From NCBI GenBank assembly GCA_951406725.2, contig OX597832.1:372001-436000 (forward strand): DNA of 64,000 nt, in the 5' to 3' direction. Shown here one piece after another: positions 14,501-26,524 of the stretch. Position 1 is the stretch's first letter; each line of letters opens with the position of its first letter. Made by a program: the position numbers and the translations under genes. The notes beneath the pieces were generated by a model. It saw only the letters and a list, made by a program, of their open reading frames with translations. It searched no databases and had not been told where the DNA came from. This DNA is from Octopus vulgaris. Taxonomy: Eukaryota.

Positions 14501-17500
14501 AAAACCCTACATGAGAGTGATAGAGTGGTAACTAAAAACTGGGATAGCACAGGTACACTTGGCCTGAGAGCCAAGTGGGTCTAGGGCCCAATGCTAATTT
14601 ATGTATGCTGCAGATGTATATGTAGAGGCTTCAGTGCATTGTTTTGTCCAGGGGCCAATTATGTGATTAAGATGGTCCTGATCCATGATACACAGTCATT
14701 TCCTTCCTTGTCTTGGTATCAATTGAGGGAGAGGAGAGGAAGAGAGAGACTGATGAATTTAGTGAAGACAGAATGGAGCTAATTCTGGAGAGCAATATTA
14801 GAGGGTGAAAGAATGGGTACTATTGGGACTGGTTACTTTGTAGGGTTGATAGGATTAGGTAAGTTTTATATTTGATAACTGTGTGTACATAGTAATGGTG
14901 GTAAAACAGCTGGTGTGAAGGAAGATTTAAAAGTTATGTTGTGTATGTGTGTGTGTGAGAGAGAAAGAGAGAGAGAGCAAGAGAGATGAACTCACAAAGG
15001 CAGCTTATGTAGTTGTTTTATGCACAAAGTGTTGCTTATGGGGCCATTTTGGTTGAGGAGTATATTTAAATACAATCAACAACCTGAAGATTATTCAGGT
15101 TTCACTTTATGACATACCTGTTGTTAGTCTCTAAAGAATCAACTTTTTTTTTCAGGTCCACATTTTCTTGAGTGAATGCTTCAACTCTGCAATAGAAGCG
15201 ATTAAAACCTTTTATTTGTCACTTTAATCAATAATTGAGTAAATCTATCATATACAAGTTTAGCTAAAGATACTCAGAACCTGGTTGGATGTCTGCAAAC
15301 AAAGCCATAATTTTATAGAATGGGTGGCAAAAAATTAATTTTGAAAAACTCAGTGCTGGAAAAAGAGAATCTATTTGAACAGTAAATTGTAAAAATGATA
15401 AAGTGTAGAACATTAATATGAAGGTAACAAGGCATTGGAATCAATGCTAGTTGAGAAAGTGATAAATGGAGGAGAGATAACTTTGTTTTATTAGAGAAAG
15501 ATTAAGGCTTTGCATTTCAAATAATGAATCACCTACAGTTTACAGAAAAGCGCTGTTTCGGGACATTGCATCAATGATATTTTCATGACAACAACATCAA
15601 GCAAAATTTTTCATGTTAAACTTATATTTGGAAAGTTGAAATAGAAAGTAAAAGATAAATAAAAGGTCTGTCTTGAAAGCATGACAACAGGGAAGAATTT
15701 ATAGACAAATGAATATTGCATCTTATATGGAAGATTAGAGACAATTTAGAGATATAACTTACTGTTTCTCTAGAGTTTCTAGATATTCTTTCTTCTTCCT
15801 TCGACTTTCTTGAGCAGATATCTGAGAGTCAAAACCAAAAATAACCTTAGATGAGCATTACATTGGTTGAATGTAAATAATATATTGTATATATAATTTA
15901 GCTAAGTATTGTCTTTTGATTTATTTTTTATCCTCATTGTTTAACATCCACTTTTCCATGCTTACATGGGTTGGATGAAGTTTACTGAGGCAGATTTCCT
16001 TCAGCTAGATGTCCTTCCTGTTACAAACACTCACCTGTTTCCAAGCAAGGTAATAATTCCCTATGACAGGACATGTTTTTGTAGAATTTTGGAAATGAAT
16101 GGCACTGCTTATATGGCAATAATACTCGTTTACACCTATCATGCAATATCAAGATAAGGAGACAAAGATGTACACACACAAAAAAAAAAAAACTTCTTTC
16201 AAATTTGACTACTAAATCCAGTTACAAGGCTTTGATCAGCCTAGGACCATGCAGTGAGAGTAAACCCAAAATCATGTGGATGGAAAGAAAATTTCTTAAT
16301 CACACAGTGACAGCTGCACCTAAACAGTCTGATAGAAATATAGTTTTAAGATTATTTACATGATGCATTAACTGTACTACAACTGATCAAAATAATAAAA
16401 AATCTGTCAAATAGACACTAACACATAAACATGTAGAAGAAATGGTAATGGGTTATAAGACATAGTAGCTAATCTCTAATTACTGAAATTTCAAAAAGCT
16501 CAGTCACAAGAATCTGGATAGTCACCTATCAAAGAGACAGGGAAATTTTATTGAATAATGAAATAAGAACCTTATTCTTTATTTTCCGGCGAATTTTCTT
16601 TAAATTTTTTTCTTCTTGCTTGGTTAGTGGCAACTTCCCTGGGATAGGGTAACCTTCAGCAATTAATGTCCTCTTCTCTTCTTCACTTAATATAAGATAG
16701 CCAGACTGAGGGATCTAAACAATACAAAAAATACATTGTTGGCTCAAACATAAAAAGTATGAAAAAAGAGGGTGGGGAAGATTTGATGAAGCTTCCATTT
16801 TGTTTTCGTCAGTTGAATTGTAACTATAGCAAACTATGTGGTGTGTGTGTGTGTGTGTGTATACAAAGTGTTCAGGGTAAATTTTATGATATTTTGTTTC
16901 CTTTTTTCAGGAACAGCTTCATGTATTGGTGAACAGTTGATGGTTTTGGGTTAAGGTTAGGATTGAATAAATCTATCATATACAAGTTTAGCTAAAGATA
17001 TGGGTCACAAAAATTAATTTTGAAAAACTCACTGCTGGAAAAAGAGAATCTATTTGGACAGTGAATTGTAAAAATGATAAAATGTAGAACATTAATATGA
17101 AGGTAACAAGGCATTGGAATCAATACTAGTTGACAAAGTGATAAATGGAGGAGAGATAACTTTGTTTTATTAGAGGAAGACTAGCTTAAGGTGACCCACT
17201 CTACATGCGGGTGAGTGTGTGGTTGTTACTTTCTGTAGCTTTCTTTCTGTTTCTTATCGCCATGTTCTCCCTCTTTGTTTCTCTCTCCTTTCTCTCTCAC
17301 TTTCCCACTCTCTTACGTAAAATCACAAAAATAATTCAAAATTACTTAAAATTTAGTGAAATTTGATACTTTTTTCTGGTATATTTTGACGGTTCATGAT
17401 GCAAATGAAAGCTAAAATTTTGGCCTTTAACACAATGCCATTTTAACCCATGTCAACCATATAATGCAAACAGAAAAAAATAAAATCTAAAAATAGGGCA

Positions 17501-20500
17501 AAAATGTACTCTTTTTAAAAGTTGAAAAATTTTACCCCCCTTTCCAAAATCCCCCAAATTTTTACACCCACAGTTTTTGAGATAGGGGGTTTCTAACCAA
17601 GTCCAGTCGCTTCCTCACCTCTTTTTACATGTCCCTGTAAATTTTGGAGCCAATCCGACCCCATCTACCGGCCCTTAAACCGTTCCCACCCCAAAATGAG
17701 ACAAACAAATTTTTCGCATTTCAGCTATGGATATTGATTAAAGTAGCAGTTGATAAAAAGTTAGCTGACATGGAGGACTGGAAGCCATCTAAATATTGGA
17801 AAAGTGCTACCTGTATCATGCTGATTCAGCCAAGTATCAAAATGTTGACTCAGCCAAGTATCAAAATGTTGACTCATGCAGCTCAATGCTCTGTCAACCC
17901 TGTAAAGGCTTTATGATGTGACATGAACTGCTGCAATGGAGACTATGGAGTCATAGCCAGCATGAAGGGACACAGTGGGTGTTCTGCAAGTCAGAATTTA
18001 TTCAACAATTGATGAAAAGGGCTAAACTCAATTCAGACAGCTATGTGAAGCTGCTGGAGACTAGTCAAACCTTCACTGAAGTGGGTTGTTGCTGGAAGGC
18101 TATTTGTGTGGCAACAGGATTTGGATCTTTGTCATACCTCTGAAAAGTGTCTGGTTGTCAGAGAATTTCTATGACTCCATCAGCACCAATTTCTGGCCTC
18201 CTAATTCTCCCAATTGCAATTCCATGGATTATTGTGTGAAGCACAGTTGAGAAAGACATTAATTGCTCTGCCTGTAAAACCAAGGCTGAGCTGGTGACCA
18301 AGATCAAGGTGTTCAAAATTTTTTTCCCTGGGACACAGTGAGGAATGCATGTGCCAGATTTCAAAATCATCTTGAGGCTATGGTGGAAGCTGAGGGCAAC
18401 TATTTTGAGTAAACTGTTATTTCCCAGCCAAAATCTAGTTGATATTTTTTGACTTCTAAAATACTTTAGTTTTGGATGAGATATTGTGTTTTGTTTTCCT
18501 TATATGCAAGCTGTCAAATTTAGCCTGAACATCCCGTATATACACACAAATATCAAACATCCCATATATATATACACAAATATCAAAAATCCCGTATATA
18601 TACACAAATATCAATGAAGCTGTAGCAATATTGTTTTCTTCATTGCTATCTTCACTGTTTGAGAAAAATATTAAGAATGATCTCGTTTGAGATTACAAAC
18701 ATCTTTGGCTAGTTTAACCGTGTTGTGTCCACTATTTTGATTGGTTAGCATCTAAGCGCGGTCTGTCTCTATACTTCGTGCCAGTGTGTAAACTGACCAA
18801 TCACGGCTTTCGGATAGGACTTTTTATTTGAGCCATCTTAACTCTTTAAATAGGCTGATCATATCACGATTCATGTCTTTTGGTTTAAGACCTTCTAAGG
18901 TCTTGGTCGGAGACCACACAACACAGAGCTTACTCAACCATGTTCCAGTTCAAAAGGCAGACGAGAGCCAAGCCAAACCTAATATGAAGACGCTATAGTA
19001 AACCAAGCGACAGACATAACGTCATCACCAACATCGTCTCCATCTGCGAAGATTTAACTTGTACACAAGATAAATACAGATTCAACTCATGCTGTTAGTG
19101 TGAAAATCTCACCACGGAAAAACAGTTGCAGTATATATATCTGAAAGAATATCTATATCAAGAGAAAAATATGCACAACAAGTGACTTAACTAATCTCAG
19201 CTCCGAGACTCAAATCTTGTATAGAACTCATTATCGTGTACTACATGAACTGGTAAAATAACTCTAAAGTAACTTCATTTAAACTCAAAATGTTGAGATT
19301 TCTTTTATGCTGTGTTGTATTTGCATAAACCTTATTTCTGTACTTTTGTTGCACACACAAACACACAGACACAAATATATTAAGCATGCATCTAAGACAC
19401 AATACTACACTAATAACAACAAATCACTTTGTACACTGTGAATAAAATCTAACTTCTCTTTATAATAGTAGAACGGTTTTTGGCATTCCTTTATATATTT
19501 ACTTTCGCACTGTATATTAAATATGTATTATGGCTTATATAACATTAAGTTATGTTATGTTGGGATGCGGCCGGACGCTGTTGAATAAGAGGAGAAAATA
19601 TGTCACCAAAACTCCCTCTTGTGCGATCATATTCTAACATAAGTGGTGACCCCGACGTGATGTCTGTCGCTTAGTTTACAATAGCGTCTTCATATTAGGT
19701 TTGGCTTGGCTGGCGTCTGCCTTTCAAAATGGAATATGGTTGAGTAAGCTCTGTGTTGTGTGGTCTCCGACCAAAACCTTAGAAGGTCTTAAGCCAAAAG
19801 ACATGAATCGTGATATGATCAACCTATTTAAAGAGTTAAGATGGCTCAAATGAAAAGTCCTATCCGAAAGCCGTGATTGGTCAGTTTACACACTGGCACG
19901 AAGTATAGAGACAGACTGCGCTTAGATGCCAACCAATCAAAATAGTGGACACAACACGGTTAAACTAGCCAAAGATGTTTGTAATCTCAAACGAGATCAT
20001 TCTTAATATTTTTCTCAAACAGTGAAGATAGCAATGAAGAAAACAATATTGCTACAAAGCTAAGTTGTACTGATTGTTTTATTTCTTTAAATATTTAATA
20101 TATTTGCTCAATGTTTGTCACTGCCTCCCATTTTCTCATTCATAATTCATTTGTTGCCAATAGTATAATCTTTTCCTTTTAGAAATATGGCCACATGTAC
20201 ATGCAGTAGTTAAACATATTTATTTTAAGTATAATTTTCAAGTAATATATTCAAGTTTTAAGTATGACCTTCATTAATCTTTTAGAAACTTCTTCAGTAT
20301 TTTTCGCTTCCCTTTCTCCCCTTATTACCCCACCTTTATGTTAGATTTGCATGATATCCCCTTTCTACACAATAACAACCTTTTTATGCTTTCATTTACT
20401 TATTTGACCTTGAATGTTTGTGGGCCTATGGAATTAGTGGTTCAATTGAGTGGTAAAAATATTTGACTGTCTGATTATGCAGCAGAACTATCTGCCTGCA

Positions 20501-23163
20501 AGCAAACATTTCCACAAACTTTCTCTTCAACTAGTGAAAGTTGTCCACCAGCTCTCTACTTGCTCTTCCTGTCAAGTTTACAACTTTAAAGCAGCCCCAA
20601 TCAACATAAGCATAATGAAAGGTTGGTCTGGTGAGATTGGTACAATGCTAGAACAGAGGCATGTAGTAGACATGAGCTGTATGCAAAAGGTATGATAGAG
20701 GAGAGCTTTAACCAGACTCCTCACAGGCAAGGGACATGGGTACAAATTCTTCTGGGTAGATGATAGTGATGCTGTGAAGGAAGTTGGCATACTTTGAACA
20801 AAAAAAAAAATGGATAGATGAACTGATTAAGAAAGAGTGTGTGACAGGATAATTAACCTTAGATTTGTCTTGAAAAATACAACAGCAACATTTATCTCTG
20901 TCTATGTTGCTCAATCAGGATTGGTAGATGAGCAAAAGGACAGCTAGGGAAGTGTGGTTTGTTCAGCAAAAGAAGAGCATAAACCAATAATCTCTCAAGG
21001 TAACCTTCTAAATATGAAATCATCGAAATCAAATCTCTAAGACTAAGTTTAATCTTAATGGCCAGGAAATCCCTCAGTTTTGATCAGTTATTGATCCTCT
21101 GTACAGCATATGTAAGACTCACAACAGAGTACCATTGGTACAATTGACATGTAGTGCTGTGATACCAGTACACAATGGAGTATCAATGATATATCTAGAT
21201 TTGTTACTAGTACACATAAAATGTCCAAACACCAACACACTTAAAATCACTGGCTCGCATATTCTTTTTTCTGTCATTTCTATTAACACCGTAAGTGGCC
21301 TCTGCTCCTTTGAGCTAGAAATATGAACATTCATTCCTCACATTTGTCACTTCTGTTTTCCCCAATCTCACTCAGACTCTGCATTGAATACTTTACCTAG
21401 TTATTTTTTCCCAAAACTGCAACCCTTTGGGATTCCATATGTGTTAATATTTTATGCAGATATTAATCTATGGATGTTCAAATTAACAACTGACTAAAAA
21501 CGTGTAAATATCCATTTCATCCAACAGGGAAGACAAATCTCTGACAGTACGGGACTTGAGTTGTACAAACATGAACATACACATAATATTTTCCCTACAA
21601 ATATATTTATGTAAACCTATCTTATAATAATGCTGTATATTGAAACATTTGTAGAAAATAAAGGATGCACAGTGATAACATTGATAAAGTTGCTAAAATG
21701 TGCTTTGTATTGAGACTAACTGAACTATAGAAGAAAAACCATTGGTAGTTCTGTTTGAAGACAGTAAAAATAGACAGCCGCTCAAAACACAGACTGTTGG
21801 GGCAAAACTAAAGTGATAAAAGTACTAAGAGAAACAGCTTGCTCATGGCTGTTGGGTGCCAAGTGTGTGTGTGAGAGAGAGGGAGAGAGAAAGAGAAAAA
21901 GTCTTGTGTTCTGTTTAAGAAAGCCAAAGGGGCTGGCTGACAAAATTCCAACATTGGTCTAAATAAAATGGATGAGGAAATAATGAAAGTTTAAAACTTC
22001 TCAAGCTACAAGAGGACCAGCATGAGGTCACTCCAGATTTATTTCTCCTGTAAGAAAGAAAGTGTTCCCAAGATTTTCATCTCTGACTGAAACTGGAGTT
22101 TCAGTAGGTAACTAATAATTCCAATGGAACAAAGTAAGTGTAATGAAGTACTCTCAAGAAATACTCACCGGATTAGTAAACAATGGTTGAGAAATATGTT
22201 TAGTATTGTTGGATGGAAGAGACTTTGCTGTTGATACTGGCCGTACTGGACTTGATGGTGCAGAACGCAGAGGGCTGAAGCTACCTTCACTGTCACTGGT
22301 GTTGCTACTGGGAGGGGTGGGTGGAAGATTCATGGATTCATAACCTAAATAACAACAAATTAAGTGTACTAGGTTAGTATTGAGCATGGTGTAATAAGTC
22401 AAAGGAAAATGTCAAAAATAAATAAACCCCACAAAACAAATTATTTAGTTGATTTTAATATGCAGGTACTTTCTCTGGGTTATTTTCCATGAGCCAGTCA
22501 TTAACAATAGTTTATTTAATTAAACTGTAAATAGTTTTGCCACAGTTTCACAGTCTTGTTCAACTGGAAACCGTTTTTGATTTGGTGAAACATAAATCAG
22601 CTTTCATAAGAGAACAATCAAAGCCAGTAGTTTTGAATCCATAAATATTATATTTGGCAATTCTAGCATTAAATTATGTAAGGAATAGGAGTATGAAAAG
22701 AGAGATATACCTGAATGATCTGAACTAGTATCCATAAATTCTGTAGGTTCTGATTTTATTGATATGTTTGGTAAAATTGGGGTCTCTGTTTTCACTGGAC
22801 AGCTGGTTGTTGTGCTAAATATCAGTGTTGGCTGAACATTGGAAGTGGGCAGAGTAGTGCTGTTTGAAAGTGGGCTGTCAATAGAGTTACTGTCATTGAT
22901 GATATTATTGTCATCCTCGCTGATATTTGTGATGTTAGTATTTATAGCACTGATAATGTTATTACAACTGTTGCTATTGTTGCTGATAATGTTAGTAATA
23001 TTTGCAACAGTTGCTGTGTTGGTATTATTGTTAGCTCTGGTACTGTTGGCAATTTTTTCCTTTTCTGATGGTTCCTGTTTTATAATGATCTGTGCTGGAG
23101 AATAGTTCTTTTGAGAAAGATCAAGTGCACCATGGTTGGAGTCAAAAATATCAGTGTCAATAT
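5223..23163 (-). CDS. CREB3L1: CREB3L1/CREB3L2 (OASIS/CrebA-family) ER membrane-tethered bZIP transcription factor, 8 coding exons in window, 5' part not found
   Basis: Manually spliced exons 22711-23163, 22169-22344, 16571-16714, 15763-15821, 15118-15186, 12490-12586, 11793-11976 and 5223-5515 have GT-AG boundaries (last exon ends at the stop) and compatible phases (1475 nt). The translation contains [69 protein letters not shown], a leucine zipper, TQTGTVLM, a TM helix and the RVLL S1P-type site. Orthology to L1 versus L2 cannot be resolved by eye. Confidence 0.93.
5664..7266 (-). mobile_element. Tc1-family (DD34E) DNA transposon, IR/DR type, frameshifted transposase
   Basis: ~215-bp TIRs starting CACTGGCGAAAATAAATTTAAGAC with an inner direct repeat; TA TSDs; transposase fragments 5952-6963 ([36 protein letters not shown]). 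Confidence 0.93.
8921..11083 (-). mobile_element. pogo/Tigger-family DNA transposon, decayed
   Basis: TIR CAGTGGTACCTTGACTTAC at both ends, TA TSD. TIGD1-like fragments [14 protein letters not shown] and [19 protein letters not shown], plus LDNAPAH and LPPNTTP readable in the DNA. Confidence 0.92.
11793..11976 (-). CDS. CREB3L1: CREB3L-like exon: transmembrane helix and luminal start
   Basis: [24 protein letters not shown]...ADYPSRS; CAG acceptor at 11977-78. The donor GTAAAT at 11792 is weaker, so the 3' boundary is less certain. Confidence 0.85.
12490..12586 (-). CDS. CREB3L1: CREB3L-like exon: zipper end and juxtamembrane region
   Basis: 97 nt; [32 protein letters not shown] (compare vertebrate LLQQLQKLQ...TQTGTCLM); GTAAGT donor. 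Confidence 0.94.
13468..14511 (+). mobile_element. Solo LTR (Gypsy-like)
   Basis: TGTAG...CTACA termini and 4-bp TSD TGAG (13464-67, 14512-15). Homologous along its length to the LTR at 18621-19639. Confidence 0.85.
15118..15186 (-). CDS. CREB3L1: CREB3L-like exon: leucine zipper
   Basis: 69 nt, phase 2-2; [22 protein letters not shown]; GCAG acceptor and GTATGT donor. Confidence 0.94.
15763..15821 (-). CDS. CREB3L1: CREB3L-like exon: bZIP basic region
   Basis: 59 nt, CAG acceptor and GTAAGT donor; [19 protein letters not shown]. Confidence 0.96.
15937..16320 (-). mobile_element. tRNA-derived SINE with RTE-like 3' tail, decayed
   Basis: 3' end TTTAACATCCACTTTTCCATGCTTACATGGGTTGGATG resembles the RTE tails at 27841 and 44974; the head resembles the SINE at 49870-50031. 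Confidence 0.65.
16571..16714 (-). CDS. CREB3L1: CREB3L-like exon: ATB (adjacent-to-bZIP) domain and start of basic region
   Basis: 144 nt, phase 0-0: [48 protein letters not shown], closely matching the CREB3L1/2/CrebA motif. Confidence 0.96.
16864..18536 (+). mobile_element. maT/DD37D-like Tc1-mariner transposon, decayed, with captured DNA and nested Helitron
   Basis: Imperfect TIRs (GTGTTCAGGGTAAATTT / AAATTTAGCCTGAACAT), TA flanks; remnant motifs WQQD and [14 protein letters not shown] at ~18110-18235. Confidence 0.75.
17181..17737 (-). mobile_element. Non-autonomous Helitron
   Basis: Minus strand TC...CTAG with a subterminal hairpin, inserted at an A|T site. The empty site is visible in the paralogous segment at ~15495-15506 (GAAAGA|TTAAG). 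Confidence 0.82.
18621..20056 (+). mobile_element. LTR + tRNA-Trp PBS + inverted partial LTR (fold-back LTR-derived insertion)
   Basis: LTR TG..CA at 18621-19639; PBS TGGTGACCCCGACGTGAT at 19644-19661; 19662-20056 is the reverse complement of 18621-19015; TSD AAGC on both sides. Confidence 0.88.
19644..19661 (+). promoter_or_regulatory. Primer-binding site complementary to the tRNA-Trp 3' end
   Basis: The 18-mer is the reverse complement of ATCACGTCGGGGTCACCA (tRNA-Trp 3' end, the same PBS as avian ASLV) and lies 4 nt after the LTR CA. Confidence 0.88.
22169..22344 (-). CDS. CREB3L1: CREB3L-like exon with conserved [14 protein letters not shown] motif
   Basis: AG at 22345-46 and GTGAGT donor at 22168. 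Reads [33 protein letters not shown]...QPLFTNP, phase 1-0. Confidence 0.93.
22711..23163 (-). CDS. CREB3L1: CREB3L-like exon: Asn/Thr/Ser-rich N-terminal (transactivation) region
   Basis: Polypyrimidine+AG acceptor at 23164-65 and GT donor at 22709-10. 453 nt, phase 1-1, reads [31 protein letters not shown]...[16 protein letters not shown] (two IKxE SUMO-like motifs). Confidence 0.85.
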
Positions 23164-23339
23164 CTGAAAAAAAAGAAAATACTATAATTACCTAAGATGA
23201 TTGTGATTGTCACACCTACAAGGAACAGCACAGTGTGACAACTGAAACTAATTAGAAATGGTTCAATTAACTAAATTATTTACAAACAAGTAATAGGATT
23301 TTATCAAGTGTAGTAATAATTGATACAAGAAAATATTAA

Positions 23340-23755
23340 ATCGCTTCCTTTCTCCCTAACATTCACTTTCCCATGCCTGCATGTATCAGACAGAATTTGT
23401 GGATCCAGATCTTTTGTAAGTGGATGCCCTTCCTGTCATCAACCCTCACTGTTTCAAAGCAAAGTAATATTTCCCATGCCAGACATGTTTTGCACAGAAG
23501 AGTGGAAATGAACAACATTGCTTGAATGACAATGATGCTCACTTACAACCATTACATGATGTCAAAACAAGGGTAAATACAAACACACACACACACATAT
23601 ATAAGACAGCTTTCATCAACCAAATCAACTGACAAGGCTTTGGTCAGTTCAGGGCTGTAGCAGAAGACACTTGTCCTAGGTGCTACTTTGTGGGATGGAA
23701 CTCAAGAGCATATGGTTTGGAAGTAAGCTTCTCAAGTAACCATACAGTCATGTCT
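23340..23755 (-). mobile_element. SINE, decayed
   Basis: Same family signature as 15937-16320 (GGATGCCCTTCCTGTC, AGAAGACACTTG, GTGGGATGGAACTC). Confidence 0.6.
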
Positions 23756-25345
23756 TTATATATATATATATATATGATATATAATATATAATGTATATAT
23801 GAGCATACACATATGTAGAGACAAATGTGTATGTGAGAAAGTGTGTGTACACAAATACATAAGACTGATATACACACACACACACATTATATTTAAGATA
23901 ATGACTAAACATAGATTGAGTAGATGAGTGATCAGAGGGAGATTTGGTAAAGATTAGAAAAAATCTTGTAAAAACAAAAGGTATGGAGGGGTTGGTGATT
24001 TACAAAGGTTAAATGAGAAGTAGGAGAAAAGAAGGAAAGGCTTGGGAGCTGTAAGATACTGTTTACTGCTATTGAAATATAAAGTTACAAGGCCACCTAC
24101 TAACAATGGCTCACTTAATCTAACACCATTCATTCTCACAACCCTTTGTTTACTCTGCCCTTGATTTTATAATAATGCACAAATGAAACTTGATGGTTAA
24201 CCAATTCACTACATTCCTACTCCATCTGTGAGAGACAATTATTACAAATAGTTGCACTTCCTGCCCCTCCCCACATTTCACTGCCTTCCATAAGGCTGTA
24301 ATGAGTACTTAAGAAGAATAGATTGGAATATCTCAACTCCCAAGTAATCAGGCTTTGTGTTTATAATCCACCCTTCTACATCCCATGAAGGAAATTGTTG
24401 TTTCTGAGGAGATCCTGCTAGAAAGCCTTATCTTTGCAAAGGTTACCATTTGCCTGAATGTTTTCTGATAAGTAAGGGAAATTTCAAACATTGGAACATG
24501 GATCTCAGAAATACTGATACCCAAAATTAACATGACCAGTGTGTGTGAACTATATATTTATACATATATGATAAAATGCGAAAGTGTTTCCTGTCAGTCA
24601 TATTGTAGAGAAAGAAGAGTAAAACAACATACGGAGTAGGAGTGGGTGACAATGAGAGATGCTAAAGTAGACAAGGCTTTTAAAGGCTTTGCTCTGAAGA
24701 TACTGATAAACTCCAAATTTCTTTGAATTTTTATCGTAAACTGTATTTACTTTATCAGTTTTTCTCTTTCCATCTCTCTCTCACATGCACACACACACAC
24801 ACATGCATGCACACACACACACACACATGCATGCACACACACACACACACAATTATATATCTGATATTAAAAATTAAACACTTTTGTTTTCAAAATATTA
24901 TCATTCACATAACATATATATAAATGCTATGTGGACAATATAGTTTCACTTTTTCCTTTCATTTTAGTCCTTTTTCTTTGCTTGCACTTGCTATTACAGA
25001 CTCTTATTTCCTTTTCCAAGTATAGGATAACACATTATGCACATGCACAGATGTACAAAAATATGCATGTGTATGAGAGTATGTATGTATACATATATAT
25101 ATATATATATATATGTATGTATACATATATATATATATATATATATGTATGTATACATATATATATATAAGACTCGAAACTTCTTGAGTGTTAAACTAAT
25201 ACATCTGTTTGTTGTTTACACACCCGTCTTCATCTTTTGTTTTTTTGTAAATTCTCACTATATATGTACTCGTACATATCATAGAGAGAGTGAGGAGAGA
25301 GATGTCTGTAAAATAAATGCATATATATATATATATATATATATA

Positions 25346-26517
25346 CTGGGCTTTGCAAAAGTCTGGTTACATCACTCTCAACAAAAGACAACAATAGTTT
25401 TGATGCAGTTAAATCTCTGTTTAAATATTAATATTAGTTAATGTGGTCACCCTTGGTGGCAAGCATGCACTCCAGGCAAGACCTGAAGGCTGCACACACA
25501 TTGTGGACAAAGTCCTTCCTCATGCTGCCCCACATGCAGTTGACAGCGAACTTCAGTTCACTGACATTGCTGTGGCAGGCCTTGCCCTCAACATGTGCCT
25601 ACACGCTGTAGTCTAGGGGGTTGAGGTTGGGTGACTACAGTGACCAGAATTCATGTTCAACCCCAACCACTCTATCATGACCTTGGCAGTGTGGGCTGGG
25701 GCACCATCCTGCTGAAAGATGTAGCCCACCTTCTTTATGATCTTTCTCACTCAGAACAGGACTTTCATTGGCAAGATATCCCTGTAGTTGGCTGCAAACC
25801 ACACTGACATCATCTTCTTGCCATTCAAAGCCATGATGCCAAGCATCATCACAAAGGCTGGGTACTTGGTTATAGATATGTAGCAGACCGCGGAGATGTC
25901 CTGGCTGAAGTTGACTATGCAGTCATCCTGCTTGTTGACAACCAGATCGAGCATTAAGGTTTTTCATCAGAAAAATGAGAATTCAATTGCCATGACACAT
26001 CAAATCATTGAGAAGGTAATGACAACACTCCTGACGTTGTTCTCACATACAGTGGGTGAACAAAGGCCTTTCCATGCACCTCAAGCTCTTGCCATCTTCC
26101 TCCTTGATGGATCCAGACATGGTGGCCACCAAAATGTTGTTGCTATTTTTTTGAGAGCACAATCATTTTGAGCTTTGGATCACTTTCAAAGGCTTTTCTC
26201 ACTGTCAAACAGTTGACAACTTGAGGTTTGCCTAATTGAGGTCGACCTTTGAGGTCTTTCTCATTCTTGTGGACAGTCATCCGACTGACATTGAGCTGCT
26301 TGGCGATGTCATACTTGTTGTGGCCCATACACAAGAGAGCAGAGATCATGATTCTTTACACTGCCATCTTGATACAACTGCACACAATGGAAAAGATGTT
26401 TTGATAATACATGAAGGAAAAGTAGTTCTTTATGTTTCATGACCCTTTTTTTTATCACACGTGTAAACTTCTTGAAAGACCCAAGACTGAGTGTAACAGG
26501 ACTATTGCAAAGCCTGG
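25346..26517 (-). mobile_element. maT/DD37D Tc1-mariner transposon, decayed
   Basis: TIRs CTGGGCTTTGCAAAAGTCTGGTTACA / TGTAACAGGACTATTGCAAAGCCTGG with TA flanks. HTH fragment (YDIAKQLNVSRMTVHK), FSDEKT, FQQDGAPAHTA and SPNLNPLDYSV. Confidence 0.88.
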
Positions 26518-26524
26518 TACATAT

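Noticed and set aside
16940-16965. TTAGGG-like sequence as an interstitial telomere
   Set aside because: Only 2-3 degenerate units inside a transposon.
19644-19661. tRNA-Trp gene
   Set aside because: Only the 18-nt complement of the 3' end including CCA is present; it is a PBS, not a tRNA gene.
22839-23105. Plus-strand hydrophobic 88-aa ORF resembling a membrane protein
   Set aside because: It is the antisense shadow of the Asn/Thr-rich CREB3L exon.
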